NCBI GenBank assembly: GCA_029269845.2
Contig: CP149973.1
Location: 1,230,001-1,262,000 of the forward strand
Reading direction: 5' to 3'
DNA from: Opitutia bacterium KCR 482
Lineage (GTDB): Bacteria; Verrucomicrobiota; Verrucomicrobiia; Opitutales; Intestinicryptomonadaceae
DNA length: 32,000 nucleotides
Positions 15,536 to 23,960 of the stretch are shown piece after piece. Numbering within the stretch: the first letter of the stretch is position 1; the number at the start of each line of letters is the position of its first letter. A program made the position numbers and the translations under genes. The notes beneath the pieces are model-generated. The model did not search any database. It saw only the letters and a list, made by a program, of their open reading frames with translations, and had not been told where the DNA came from.

Positions 15536-16345
15536 TCAATCCCCCCTGTATGCGTCTACCGCAGCGCGAACCGAGCCGTGCTCGAGCAGAAGCGACTTCG
15601 CTCTGTCGTAGTCGCCAAGCCCCGTTTCGTCCATAATCATTCTCGCGCCCCTGTCCACGAGCTTTTCGTTCGAAAGCTGCATGTCCACCATTTTGTTGCC
15701 GCGCACGCGCCCCAATTTTATCATGATTGAAGTTGAAACCATGTTGAGCACAAGCTTCTGCGCCGTGCCCGACTTCATGCGCGTGCTGCCCGTCACGAAT
15801 TCGGGGCCGACGACAGCCGCTATCGGGATTTCGCATGCAGCCGCGATTGCCGAATCGGGGTTGCAGACAACGCACGCGGTGAGCATGCCGAGCTTCCGCG
15901 CGTTCTCAATCGCGCCCAGAACGTAGGGGGTGCGCCCCGAAGACGCAATGCCCACAAGAGTGTCGTTCGGAGCCGGCTTGTAGGCTAAAATGTCGCGCCA
16001 GCCCTGTTCGGCGTCGTCCTCGGCGTTTTCGACCGCCTTGCGTATCGCGCCGTCGCCGCCCGCAATCAGACCGATTACCACGCCGTCGGGAACGCCGTAT
16101 GTCGGGGGAATTTCCGAAGCGTCCACAACGCCCAGCCTGCCGCTCGTGCCCGCGCCGATGTAGAAAAGCCTGCCGCCCGAGCGCATTCTCTCAGCCGCGC
16201 CGTCTACGAGCCGCGCAATCTGCGGAATGCATTTTTCGACCGCAAAAGCCACGGTTTTATCCTCGGCGTTTATGCCTTGCAAAAGTTCGAGCGTGGACAT
16301 TTTGTCCAAATTCGAGTAGTGTGATGGTTGTTCTGTGATTCTCAT
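15536..16345 (-). CDS. murQ: N-acetylmuramic acid 6-phosphate etherase (SIS domain)
   Basis: 269 aa. 'TEQPSHYSNLDKMSTLELLQGINAEDKTVAFAV', 'GGRLFYIGAGTSGRLGVVDASEIPPTYG', 'GSTRMKSGTAQKLVLNM'. Confidence 0.9.
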   Translation of the reverse strand: MRITEQPSHYSNLDKMSTLELLQGINAEDKTVAFAVEKCIPQIARLVDGAAERMRSGGRLFYIGAGTSGRLGVVDASEIPPTYGVPDGVVIGLIAGGDGAIRKAVENAEDDAEQGWRDILAYKPAPNDTLVGIASSGRTPYVLGAIENARKLGMLTACVVCNPDSAIAAACEIPIAAVVGPEFVTGSTRMKSGTAQKLVLNMVSTSIMIKLGRVRGNKMVDMQLSNEKLVDRGARMIMDETGLGDYDRAKSLLLEHGSVRAAVDAYRGD

Positions 16346-16475
16346 TTTCGGAGATTAAAATTGAAAACTGCGCGGGGCGGCGCATGCGCCCCGTTGTCGG
16401 CGTATTTATTTTACGTTCCCGCGAAGGCGTCAAAGAATAAAACGCGCGATTTCGGTAAATGTCAAAATAGTCCAA

Positions 16476-17615
16476 CTACTCCGCAGTTTGGACGGGGGAA
16501 TCCGCCGAAAACCTGCGGAGCAAAACCCTGTCCCACGCCGCCGCCGCAAACGCCGTAAGCGGAATTGCCAAAACCATGCCCAGAATGCCGCCGAGGGCGA
16601 TTCCCCAAAAGAACACCGAGAATATGATGACAGTCGGGTGAAGCCCCGTGCGGTCGCCCATGATACGCGGCGTGAGAACGTATCCCTCCAAGCACTGAAC
16701 CGCACAGAAAACGCCCAAAGCCGCGAGAGCCGTGAGCCAGCCGCCGTCGGCCTGCAACAGCGCGACGGGCAAAATAGTTCCAAGTCCCACGACCGTTCCG
16801 AGGTAGGGAACGAGGTTCAAAATGCCCGCGAAAAATCCGAGCAAAAATCCGTACGACACCCCGACCGACAAAAATCCGACTCCGTACAGCACGCCCATAA
16901 TCAGCGCAATCAGCAACTGCCCCCTGAAAAACGCCGACATTATTTCCGAAAACCTGCGTACGAAAAACACGATGTCGCCGCGCACGGAGGGCGAGGCGAA
17001 CGCGAGGTTTTTTTCGAGCTTCGAATAGAAGTCGAAGTTTGAGGTAAGCATGTAGTAGAGGTAAATCGGCACGACCGCAAACGCCGCAAGGAACGAGAAG
17101 AACGACACAAGCCCGCCCGTCGCCGCGACCGCCGTTTCGAACACCTTTTTCGCGGCGGCAGCAGCCGCCGCAAACGACGCATGCTCCGCCGCCGCGCGTT
17201 TCATTTCGGCGACGTATCCGCGCAGGGTTTCGCGCGAATCGGGGTAGCGTTCGGCGATGTTGCGCGCCGCGCGTTCGGCAAGAGCGGGAAGCTCGCCGCA
17301 GATTTCCCCGATTTCGGAAACCGCCCGCGGAAGCGCGAACGCCGCAAGAGCCGCCGCGCACGCCGCCGCCGCAACGCAGACGATTCCGCACGCCGCCGAA
17401 GCCGACACATGCGCCCTGCGCGAAACAAAATCCACAAGCGGCGAGAGAATGAACGAAAGAATCAGCGCGGCGGCTACGGGAGCTACGACCGCTCCGAATT
17501 TCGACAGAAACGCCGAAAGAAGCGCGAACAACAGCACGACGAACGCGCCTATCGCGAAAATCGAGAGGCACGCCAACGCCGCGCCGAAAAGTTTTTGCTG
17601 GAAAGCGGTAAACAT
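16476..17615 (-). CDS. AI-2E family transporter (PerM/UPF0118)
   Basis: 379 aa, multi-TM. Conserved C-terminal 'LEGYVLTPRIMGDRTGLHPTVIIFSVFFWGIALGGILGMVLAIPLTA'. Confidence 0.85.
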   Translation of the reverse strand: MFTAFQQKLFGAALACLSIFAIGAFVVLLFALLSAFLSKFGAVVAPVAAALILSFILSPLVDFVSRRAHVSASAACGIVCVAAAACAAALAAFALPRAVSEIGEICGELPALAERAARNIAERYPDSRETLRGYVAEMKRAAAEHASFAAAAAAAKKVFETAVAATGGLVSFFSFLAAFAVVPIYLYYMLTSNFDFYSKLEKNLAFASPSVRGDIVFFVRRFSEIMSAFFRGQLLIALIMGVLYGVGFLSVGVSYGFLLGFFAGILNLVPYLGTVVGLGTILPVALLQADGGWLTALAALGVFCAVQCLEGYVLTPRIMGDRTGLHPTVIIFSVFFWGIALGGILGMVLAIPLTAFAAAAWDRVLLRRFSADSPVQTAE

Positions 17616-17646
17616 TTGTAAAAAATAAAGTGTCTATCGGAAAACA

Positions 17647-20517
17647 ATGCAAACAAATTCGGATATTTCGGCGGCGCGCGGCGGTTTCGAAAAAATGGAG
17701 ATACGCGGCGCGCGCGAGCATAATTTAAAAAACGTCAACCTCGACATTCCGCGCGGGAAAATCGTGGCGTTCACGGGTCGGAGCGGATCGGGAAAATCGT
17801 CGCTTGCGTTCGACACAATCTACGCGGAGGGGTACAGAAAATACATGGAGAGCCTCTCAGCCGACGCCCGACGGCTGCTCAGCCAGATAGACAAACCCGC
17901 GGTGGAGTCGATTCGCGGGCTGTCGCCTGTAATCGCGATAGAGCAGGTGAAGTCGCTCGGCTCGAACCCGCGCAGCACGCTCGCAACGCTCACCGAAATA
18001 GCCGACTACGCAAGGGTGCTTTGGAGCCTTGCGGGAGAGCAGCGCTGCCCCAAAGACGGCGGAAAAATCTCGCGCCGAAGCGTGGACGAATGCGTAGACG
18101 CGGTGCTCGCGCTTCCGCAAGGCTCGCGCGTTTACATTCTCGCGCCGCGCGGCTCGTTCAAGCCCGCCGCGGCGAAGGCGGAAATCAAAAGCCTGCGCCA
18201 GCGGGCGTGGCAGAGGGCGCGTCTCAACGGCGAAATCTTCGAGCTTGACGACCCCGCCGCCGAACGCGAGCTTTTCGAAAAATTCAAGTCCGAAAAACTT
18301 TTGAAACTCGACCTCGTGATAGACCGCTTTCCGCTCTCGTCGGCGGCGCGGGGAAGAATTGCGGACTCGCTCGAACTCGCGCTCCGCGAGGGCGCGGACA
18401 AGGCTCTTGCCGCGTACTCCGCCGGCGGCAAAAGCGGCGAGCTTGTGCTAAGCACGGCGTTTGCCTGCGAAAAATGCGGCGAAATCTACGCGCCGCTTAC
18501 CGTGAGAAACTTCTCGTTCAACCACCCCGACGGCGCGTGCAAATTCTGCGGCGGAATCGGGCGCGTAATGCGCACGAGCGAAAAGCTCGCCGTGCCCGAC
18601 GACTCCAAAAGCGTCGCGGGAGGCGCAATCAAGGCGTGGAGGGTCGGGGCGAAGAGCATAATAATTGCCCACAACAGGATTCTGCGGCAGCTCGCCGAAC
18701 AAATCCCGTTCGACACAAGCGTTCCGTGGCGCGACCTCCCCGCCGAAACGCGGAAAATCCTGCTCTACGGGGACGACTCGCGGACGTATTTTCTGCGGCT
18801 CAAACGCGGAAACTGCAAGGCGGCGGAAGTGCATTTCGGGGGAGTCCTCGCCGAGGTGGACAGGCTCTGCGCGGAAACGACAAGCGACGGACTCCGCGCA
18901 AGGCTTTCGGTGTTCCAGATGTCGTCGGAGTGCCCCGTCTGCGGCGGCGCGAGGTTTTCGGAGCGCACGCGCAACGTGTTTGTGGAGGGCGTCTCGTACG
19001 ACAAATTCTGCGCGATGAGCGTGGCGGAGTCGCTGGCGTTTGTGAAGTCGCTCGAAAGCCTGAAAAAATACGACAGCGTGCGCGACGCCGTAAACGGGCT
19101 TCGCGACAGGCTCGGATTCCTGAACACGGTTGGGCTTTCGTACATCTCGCTCGACCGCGAGGCGTCTACGCTTTCGGGCGGCGAGGCGCAACGCGCGAGG
19201 CTCGCAACGCAGCTCGGAATGGACCTGACGGGCGTTACATACGTCCTCGACGAGCCGACAATCGGGCTTCACCCGTCCGACGACGCAATGCTGATAGGCG
19301 CGCTCAAAACGCTCAAAGACAGGGGGAACTCTGTCCTGCTTGTCGAGCACGACGAAGCCGCCCTCCGCGCGGCGGACTGGGTTGTGGAACTCGGCCCCGA
19401 AGCGGGCGAAAAGGGCGGCGAGCTTACATTCAACGGAACTCTCGCCGACTGCCTGAAATCGAAAACGTCGCGCACGGGAATGTACCTTTCGGGACGCGCG
19501 AAAATCGGGCGTCCGTCGCCGCGGCTCTCGCCCGCAAACGGCTGGCTCACGGTCAAAAAGGCGAGGGAAAACAACCTCAAAAACATCGACGTAAAATTCC
19601 CCGTCGGGCTGTTCACCGTGGTTTGCGGGGTATCAGGCTCTGGAAAATCCACGCTTGTGAACGACATTCTCGCAAAGGCCGCCGCCGCAAAGCTGAACGG
19701 AGCAAAGGAAATCGCGGGGGCGCACGGCGGCATCGCGGGCTTCGACAACTTCGACACCTGCGTGCGCGTAGACCAGTCGCCGATAGGCAAAAGCCCGCGC
19801 TCGAACCCCGCAACCTACACAAAGCTTTTCGACCTCCTGCGCGAGCTTTACGCCCAGACGCCGCTTGCAAAAATGCGCGGCTACTCGGCGGGGCGGTTCA
19901 GTTTCAACGTCAAGGGCGGACGCTGCGAGCACTGCCGCGGCGACGGCTCAATCTGCCTAGACATGCAGTTTTTGGGCGAAGTCTACATCACCTGCCCGTC
20001 GTGCGGCGGCAAACGCTACAACCGCGAGACGCTCGAAGTGCGCTACAAGGGGCTGAACATCGCCGAAGCCCTGAACCTGACGGTAGACGAGGCGCTGGGC
20101 GTGTTCGCGGCGTACCCGCGGATTGTCGCAAAGCTCAAAACGCTCAGCGACGTCGGGCTTGGCTACATCAGGCTCGGACAGCCCGCAAACACGCTTTCGG
20201 GCGGCGAGGCGCAGAGGATAAAACTTTCGCTCGAACTCTCGCGGCGCACGCACGGACGCGCCCTCTACATTCTCGACGAACCCACCACGGGACTGCATTG
20301 GGACGACATCGACAAACTCCTCAAACTGCTCTTCGAACTGCGCGACGCCGGCAACACGATAATCGTAATAGAGCACCACCCCGACTTCGTGAAGCTCGCC
20401 GACTGGCTTGTGGAGCTTGGACCGACGGGCGGCGCGGCGGGCGGATACGCGGTTTTCGAGGGAACTTTCGACGAATTGAAGTCGGCGGACACTCCCACGG
20501 CAAAATTTGTTCGATAA
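17647..20517 (+). CDS. uvrA: Excinuclease ABC subunit A
   Basis: 'IRGAREHNLKNVNLDIPRGKIVAFTGRSGSGKSSLAFDTIYAEG', second Walker A 'GVSGSGKST', two ABC signatures 'LSGGEAQRARLATQL' and 'LSGGEAQRIKLSLEL', Zn modules 'CEKCG...CKFCGG' and 'CEHCRGDG...CPSCGG'. The true start is probably ATG 17695 (MEIRGAREHN), matching canonical UvrA N-termini. Confidence 0.93.
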   Translation: MQTNSDISAARGGFEKMEIRGAREHNLKNVNLDIPRGKIVAFTGRSGSGKSSLAFDTIYAEGYRKYMESLSADARRLLSQIDKPAVESIRGLSPVIAIEQVKSLGSNPRSTLATLTEIADYARVLWSLAGEQRCPKDGGKISRRSVDECVDAVLALPQGSRVYILAPRGSFKPAAAKAEIKSLRQRAWQRARLNGEIFELDDPAAERELFEKFKSEKLLKLDLVIDRFPLSSAARGRIADSLELALREGADKALAAYSAGGKSGELVLSTAFACEKCGEIYAPLTVRNFSFNHPDGACKFCGGIGRVMRTSEKLAVPDDSKSVAGGAIKAWRVGAKSIIIAHNRILRQLAEQIPFDTSVPWRDLPAETRKILLYGDDSRTYFLRLKRGNCKAAEVHFGGVLAEVDRLCAETTSDGLRARLSVFQMSSECPVCGGARFSERTRNVFVEGVSYDKFCAMSVAESLAFVKSLESLKKYDSVRDAVNGLRDRLGFLNTVGLSYISLDREASTLSGGEAQRARLATQLGMDLTGVTYVLDEPTIGLHPSDDAMLIGALKTLKDRGNSVLLVEHDEAALRAADWVVELGPEAGEKGGELTFNGTLADCLKSKTSRTGMYLSGRAKIGRPSPRLSPANGWLTVKKARENNLKNIDVKFPVGLFTVVCGVSGSGKSTLVNDILAKAAAAKLNGAKEIAGAHGGIAGFDNFDTCVRVDQSPIGKSPRSNPATYTKLFDLLRELYAQTPLAKMRGYSAGRFSFNVKGGRCEHCRGDGSICLDMQFLGEVYITCPSCGGKRYNRETLEVRYKGLNIAEALNLTVDEALGVFAAYPRIVAKLKTLSDVGLGYIRLGQPANTLSGGEAQRIKLSLELSRRTHGRALYILDEPTTGLHWDDIDKLLKLLFELRDAGNTIIVIEHHPDFVKLADWLVELGPTGGAAGGYAVFEGTFDELKSADTPTAKFVR

Positions 20518-20568
20518 ATATAAAAAAATACTCGATTTTTCTTGCAGCGCCACATTATTATTTAAGGC

Positions 20569-21426
20569 ATGGATTTTACTTCGATTTTCCCGACGCCCGT
20601 ATTGGCTTCGTCGCCTGCGGATTATTTCATTCAGTCGAACTTCGCGGGGCAGGTCATTGTCGTGATACTGCTTGCGATGAGCATATACGCATGGGGAATC
20701 ATGATTTGCAAAAAAGCCGACCTCTCGGCAATCGAGGAGATGAACGCAAAAACCGCGCGTCTGCTGAAATCGTCGAACCTCGTCGAGGCGGCAAGCTCGA
20801 AATCGATTCAGGGGCCTTTCGCAAAACTGCTAAAAAACGCGGTCAATGCGTGGCTTGAAGTCGGCATTTCGCCCAACGACAGGGCGGCGAGAATTTCGTA
20901 TGTGGAAAACACGCTCGGGCGCACGCTCGCGCGGCAGCAAATGCAATACAACTCAAAAATGACGCAGCTCGGAACAATCGTGAGCGGCGGGCCGTTTCTG
21001 GGGCTGCTCGGCACGGCGTGGGGCGTCATGGACTGCTTCGGGTCGATGAGCTCGCAGGCGTCGGTCACATTGCAAATGCTCGCCCCCGGCGTTGCGGGTT
21101 CGCTTTTGACGACCGTCGCGGGGCTTGTGGTCGCAATCCCGTCGGTGTTCGGCTACAACATGCTCGCCGACAAGGCGCGTAAAATTTCGGTCGATACCGA
21201 AAACTTCGCAAGCCTCATCGCCGACAGAATCGAAATGGAATCGCGCGAGCACTCCGAGGAGGTCGAACCTGTCCGCCAGCCCGCAAAGCCCGCCCCCGTG
21301 CGCGAAATTCCGCAGGCGAAGGCGTCCGCGCCCGTCCGCACCGCGCCCGAAACGAAAATCATGGACTTTTCCCTCGACGACGAGGACGACGGCAGCCCCA
21401 CCCCGCCCCGCCAATTCGACGAATAG
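20569..21426 (+). CDS. exbB: MotA/TolQ/ExbB proton-channel protein with a Pro/acidic C-terminal extension
   Basis: 285 aa. 'LGLLGTAWGVMDCFGSM' and 'LAPGVAGSLLTTVAGLVVAIPSVFGYN'. About 60 extra C-terminal residues ('EEVEPVRQPAKPAPVREIPQAKASAPV...DDEDDGSPTPP'). The symbol is chosen from context (TonB follows; no tolB/pal). Confidence 0.85.
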   Translation: MDFTSIFPTPVLASSPADYFIQSNFAGQVIVVILLAMSIYAWGIMICKKADLSAIEEMNAKTARLLKSSNLVEAASSKSIQGPFAKLLKNAVNAWLEVGISPNDRAARISYVENTLGRTLARQQMQYNSKMTQLGTIVSGGPFLGLLGTAWGVMDCFGSMSSQASVTLQMLAPGVAGSLLTTVAGLVVAIPSVFGYNMLADKARKISVDTENFASLIADRIEMESREHSEEVEPVRQPAKPAPVREIPQAKASAPVRTAPETKIMDFSLDDEDDGSPTPPRQFDE

Positions 21427-21435
21427 CAAACGGCC

Positions 21436-21846
21436 ATGAAATTCCGCACGAAAATAGAGCAGTCGGGGCTGACCGAACTCAACGTAACGCCGCTCATGGA
21501 CTTGGCGTTCTCGCTGCTTATCATTTTCATGATAAGCACGCCGCTGCTCGAACAGACAATCCCCGTCCACCTGCCCAAGCAGGACAAAAACGACGCAAGC
21601 CAACGCCCCGACATAGACTTTCAGCTAATCTCGATTAAGGAGAACGGCCAGATTTACTGGGGCAAACAACCCGTGGACCTCGTGCAGCTCGACACCCTGC
21701 TCGGCGCGCTGGCGGGGCAGCCCGAACCGCCCGCAATCAGCCTGCGCGGAGACCTCTCGCTGCCCTACCAGAAAATAGTCGACGTGATTTCGGCAATCAA
21801 ACGCCACAACCTCACGAAACTCCATTTGGACACGGAAGTCAAATGA
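21436..21846 (+). CDS. exbD: ExbD/TolR biopolymer transport protein
   Basis: 136 aa. 'ELNVTPLMDLAFSLLIIFMISTP' TM motif with the conserved Asp, then the periplasmic 'ISLRGDLSLPYQKIVDVISAIK'. Confidence 0.88.
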   Translation: MKFRTKIEQSGLTELNVTPLMDLAFSLLIIFMISTPLLEQTIPVHLPKQDKNDASQRPDIDFQLISIKENGQIYWGKQPVDLVQLDTLLGALAGQPEPPAISLRGDLSLPYQKIVDVISAIKRHNLTKLHLDTEVK

Positions 21847-22676
21847 CGCCCGACAATACCAAGTTCGGCTATTACTGCTCGCTCGCGCTCCATATTTCGG
21901 TAAGCGTGGCGGCGATTGTGTCGGTGCTCGTAAGCTCGATTTTCAAGAGCGAGCCGCACCCCATTGACCCGAATCAGGTATTCGAAATGGTAGAGCCGCC
22001 AGAACCCGCGGCAGAAGCCCCCGCGCAGGCGGAAACCGCGCCCGAAGCCCAGCCCGACCTGGAACAGGACTTGAACCTTGAACCCGTCGAGCCTATCGAG
22101 CTTCCCGACCCCGCGCCCGAACCCGAGCCTACCCCGCCCGCGCCGAAGCCAGAACCCACACCCGCGCCTACGCCCAAGCCCCCGAAAAAGCCGAAGGTCG
22201 AAAAAAAGCCCGAACCGAAGCCGCAGAAAGTTTCGTATCAGGATTTCGCAAAGAAAAACCCGAAAAAACCGCGCAAAAGCGCGCAGACTCCGCGCACACA
22301 GGCGCCAGTGAAAGTCGGGAAAATCAGCGCAAAGACGGGCAACATCGACAACATCGCAAAACTCGGCGCAAGCATTTCGGGCAAGGCGGGCACAAGCGCG
22401 GCAATGCGGAACATGCTCGCCGCGTACATCGGCGAAATCAAGCGCAAGGCGGAATCGAACTGGGCGATTCCCGTTACCGCGCAAAACTCCGACCTCTCCG
22501 CAAAAGTCGAATTCAGGGTAAGCAAAAACGGCGAAATCAGCGGTCTGCGGATTATAAGAAGCAGCGGAAACGCGGAGGTTGACAACTCGATTCTCGCGGC
22601 TCTGCGCTCGATTTCCCTCACACCGCCGCCCGACAACGAACCGCACCACATCACGATTACGTTCTCGATTCTCTAA
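21843..22676 (+). CDS. TonB/TolA-family energy transducer
   Basis: 277 aa. ATGA overlap with exbD. N-terminal anchor 'YYCSLALHISVSVAAIVSVLV', Pro/Glu/Lys spacer 'PEPEPTPPAPKPEPTPAPTPKPPKKPKVEKKPEPKPQK', C-terminal 'AKVEFRVSKNGEISGLRIIRSSGNAEVDNSILAALRS'. Confidence 0.8.
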   Translation: MTPDNTKFGYYCSLALHISVSVAAIVSVLVSSIFKSEPHPIDPNQVFEMVEPPEPAAEAPAQAETAPEAQPDLEQDLNLEPVEPIELPDPAPEPEPTPPAPKPEPTPAPTPKPPKKPKVEKKPEPKPQKVSYQDFAKKNPKKPRKSAQTPRTQAPVKVGKISAKTGNIDNIAKLGASISGKAGTSAAMRNMLAAYIGEIKRKAESNWAIPVTAQNSDLSAKVEFRVSKNGEISGLRIIRSSGNAEVDNSILAALRSISLTPPPDNEPHHITITFSIL

Positions 22677-22681
22677 TTTGC

Positions 22682-22718
22682 AAAACGCGCAGTTGCAGAA
22701 ACGGCCGCGCGTTTTTTT
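22682..22718 (+). terminator. Rho-independent terminator after the tonB-like gene
   Basis: Stem AAAACGCGC (22682..22690) with GCGCGTTTT (22707..22715). The loop is large (16 nt). A run of 7 T covers 22712..22718. Confidence 0.55.
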
Positions 22719-22871
22719 GCGGGCGAAAATTTCGCAAAACGCCGCCCGCGCATTCGCAAATTCCGCCATGCAAACCGCAAAATTCGCCATGCGCGGCGGA
22801 TGATGCCTGCGTAGGCAACGCGCCGCGCGCAATTCCGCAAAAAGCGGAGCGGAAAAGTCGCCCGAGCCGCC

Positions 22872-23903
22872 CTACGCCTTTTTAGGCGCGCGCAGGGACG
22901 ACACGAGGGAGGCCGCAATCAGCGCAATGCCCGCAAGCCCCGTGATGATTTCGGGGACTTCGCGGACGGTCGAAACGAACATCAGCGCGGCGAGCGAGCC
23001 AATCGCCCAATACGCGCCGTGGGTGAGGTACAGAAGTTTGTCGAGCGTCTTTTTTTCGACGAGAACCACGGTCATGGAGCGCACGAAAAACGCGCCCACC
23101 GCAAGCCCGAGTGCGATAATCACGATGTCTTTCGTGAGAGCAAACGCCCCAAGCACGCCGTCGAGCGAGAACGACGCGTCAATCAGTTCGAGGTATATGA
23201 ACGCCGCAAGCCCCGCGTGTTTGAGCGCAAACGCGTGCTTTTGCGCCGCCATTTTTTCGAGCTTGCCGCTGGCCCCGTGGATTGCCAAATGCGTCGCGAT
23301 GCCCGCAACGCCCGCAAAAAACGACATCTTGATTTCGTCCGACGGAATGAAGAACTGGACGGCGCAAAGGGCGGCGAGCGTCAAAACGGTCGGCGCAATT
23401 TTGAATCTGCCGAGCCTGTGGAGGGGCTTTTCAAGAGGGGAAATCCAGTGGAGCGTTTTTTCGCGGTCGAACATGAACTCGAAAAACAGCATGAAAAGGA
23501 ACGCGCCGCCGAACGAGGAAATCCCCACGTGGGCGTGCGAAAGGTGCGCGGCGTACTCGTCGGGATTGTGCAAAGCCAAGTCGAGAACCGCCCCGCACGA
23601 AATTCCCGAAAACGCCGCGACAATCACAATCGGGAAGACGAAACGCATTCCGAAAACCGCTATCGCAATGCCCCAAGTTAGAAAGCGTCTGCGCCAGATT
23701 GGCGGCATTTTTTCGAGCTTGGCGGCGTTGACAACGGCGTTGTCGAACGACAGACTCACTTCGAGCGCGCTGATGATGAGAGCAGCAATCAAATCCTTAA
23801 AGCCAAGCCCCGCCTGCACGGATTCCCCGCGCCAAAACGCGAAAACCATTCCGCAGATAAGGACGAAAAACGACCACTTAAAATACTTCATAATTGTTTC
23901 CAT
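22872..23903 (-). CDS. TerC-superfamily / DUF475-like integral membrane protein
   Basis: Polytopic. Paired half-motifs 'LEVSLSFDNAVVNA' and 'LELIDASFSLDGVLGAFALT', typical of TerC-type proteins. The start is ambiguous (23939, 23903 or 23891). 'MKYFKWSFFVLICGMVF' looks like the natural N-terminus. Confidence 0.75.
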   Translation of the reverse strand: METIMKYFKWSFFVLICGMVFAFWRGESVQAGLGFKDLIAALIISALEVSLSFDNAVVNAAKLEKMPPIWRRRFLTWGIAIAVFGMRFVFPIVIVAAFSGISCGAVLDLALHNPDEYAAHLSHAHVGISSFGGAFLFMLFFEFMFDREKTLHWISPLEKPLHRLGRFKIAPTVLTLAALCAVQFFIPSDEIKMSFFAGVAGIATHLAIHGASGKLEKMAAQKHAFALKHAGLAAFIYLELIDASFSLDGVLGAFALTKDIVIIALGLAVGAFFVRSMTVVLVEKKTLDKLLYLTHGAYWAIGSLAALMFVSTVREVPEIITGLAGIALIAASLVSSLRAPKKA

Positions 23904-23960
23904 AATAAAAAATTTGCCGACTTCCGAAAAAGCCGGCATTTGAGTATATAAAAAATCGAA

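Noticed and set aside
14342-15875. Two long ORFs (462 aa on plus, 429 aa on minus) overlapping the symporter and murQ
   Set aside because: Both are His/Arg-rich nonsense translations. The symporter and murQ frames carry family motifs and tight coupling signals.
16462-17721. 419-aa minus-strand ORF overlapping the AI-2E transporter in another frame
   Set aside because: Arg/Gly/Cys-rich with no TM pattern. The 379-aa frame has the conserved AI-2E C-terminal motif.
18030-18070. Apparent loss of the second Cys in UvrA zinc module 1 ('RCPKDGG')
   Set aside because: From memory, E. coli UvrA also lacks a second Cys at this position ('RCPDHD'), so it is not evidence of degeneration. The other Zn modules, both ATPase sites and the UvrB-binding region look intact.
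18474-20858. 794-aa ORF in an alternative frame of uvrA, running into exbB
   Set aside because: Extreme Arg/Pro/Gly composition. It overlaps two motif-rich genes in the same direction but off-frame, so it is an artefact.
20569-22676. Calling the three genes a Tol-Pal system (tolQ-tolR-tolA)
   Set aside because: No tolB or pal follows; a terminator and a convergent gene do. The third protein has a TonB-type Pro-rich spacer and C-terminal domain, so ExbB/ExbD/TonB is the safer call. The two cannot be fully distinguished by eye.
23904-23960. Mn2+ (yybP-ykoY) riboswitch expected upstream of a TerC-type gene
   Set aside because: Only 21-69 nt are available between the DAC stop and the TerC-like start, too short for that riboswitch, and I see none of its conserved features.
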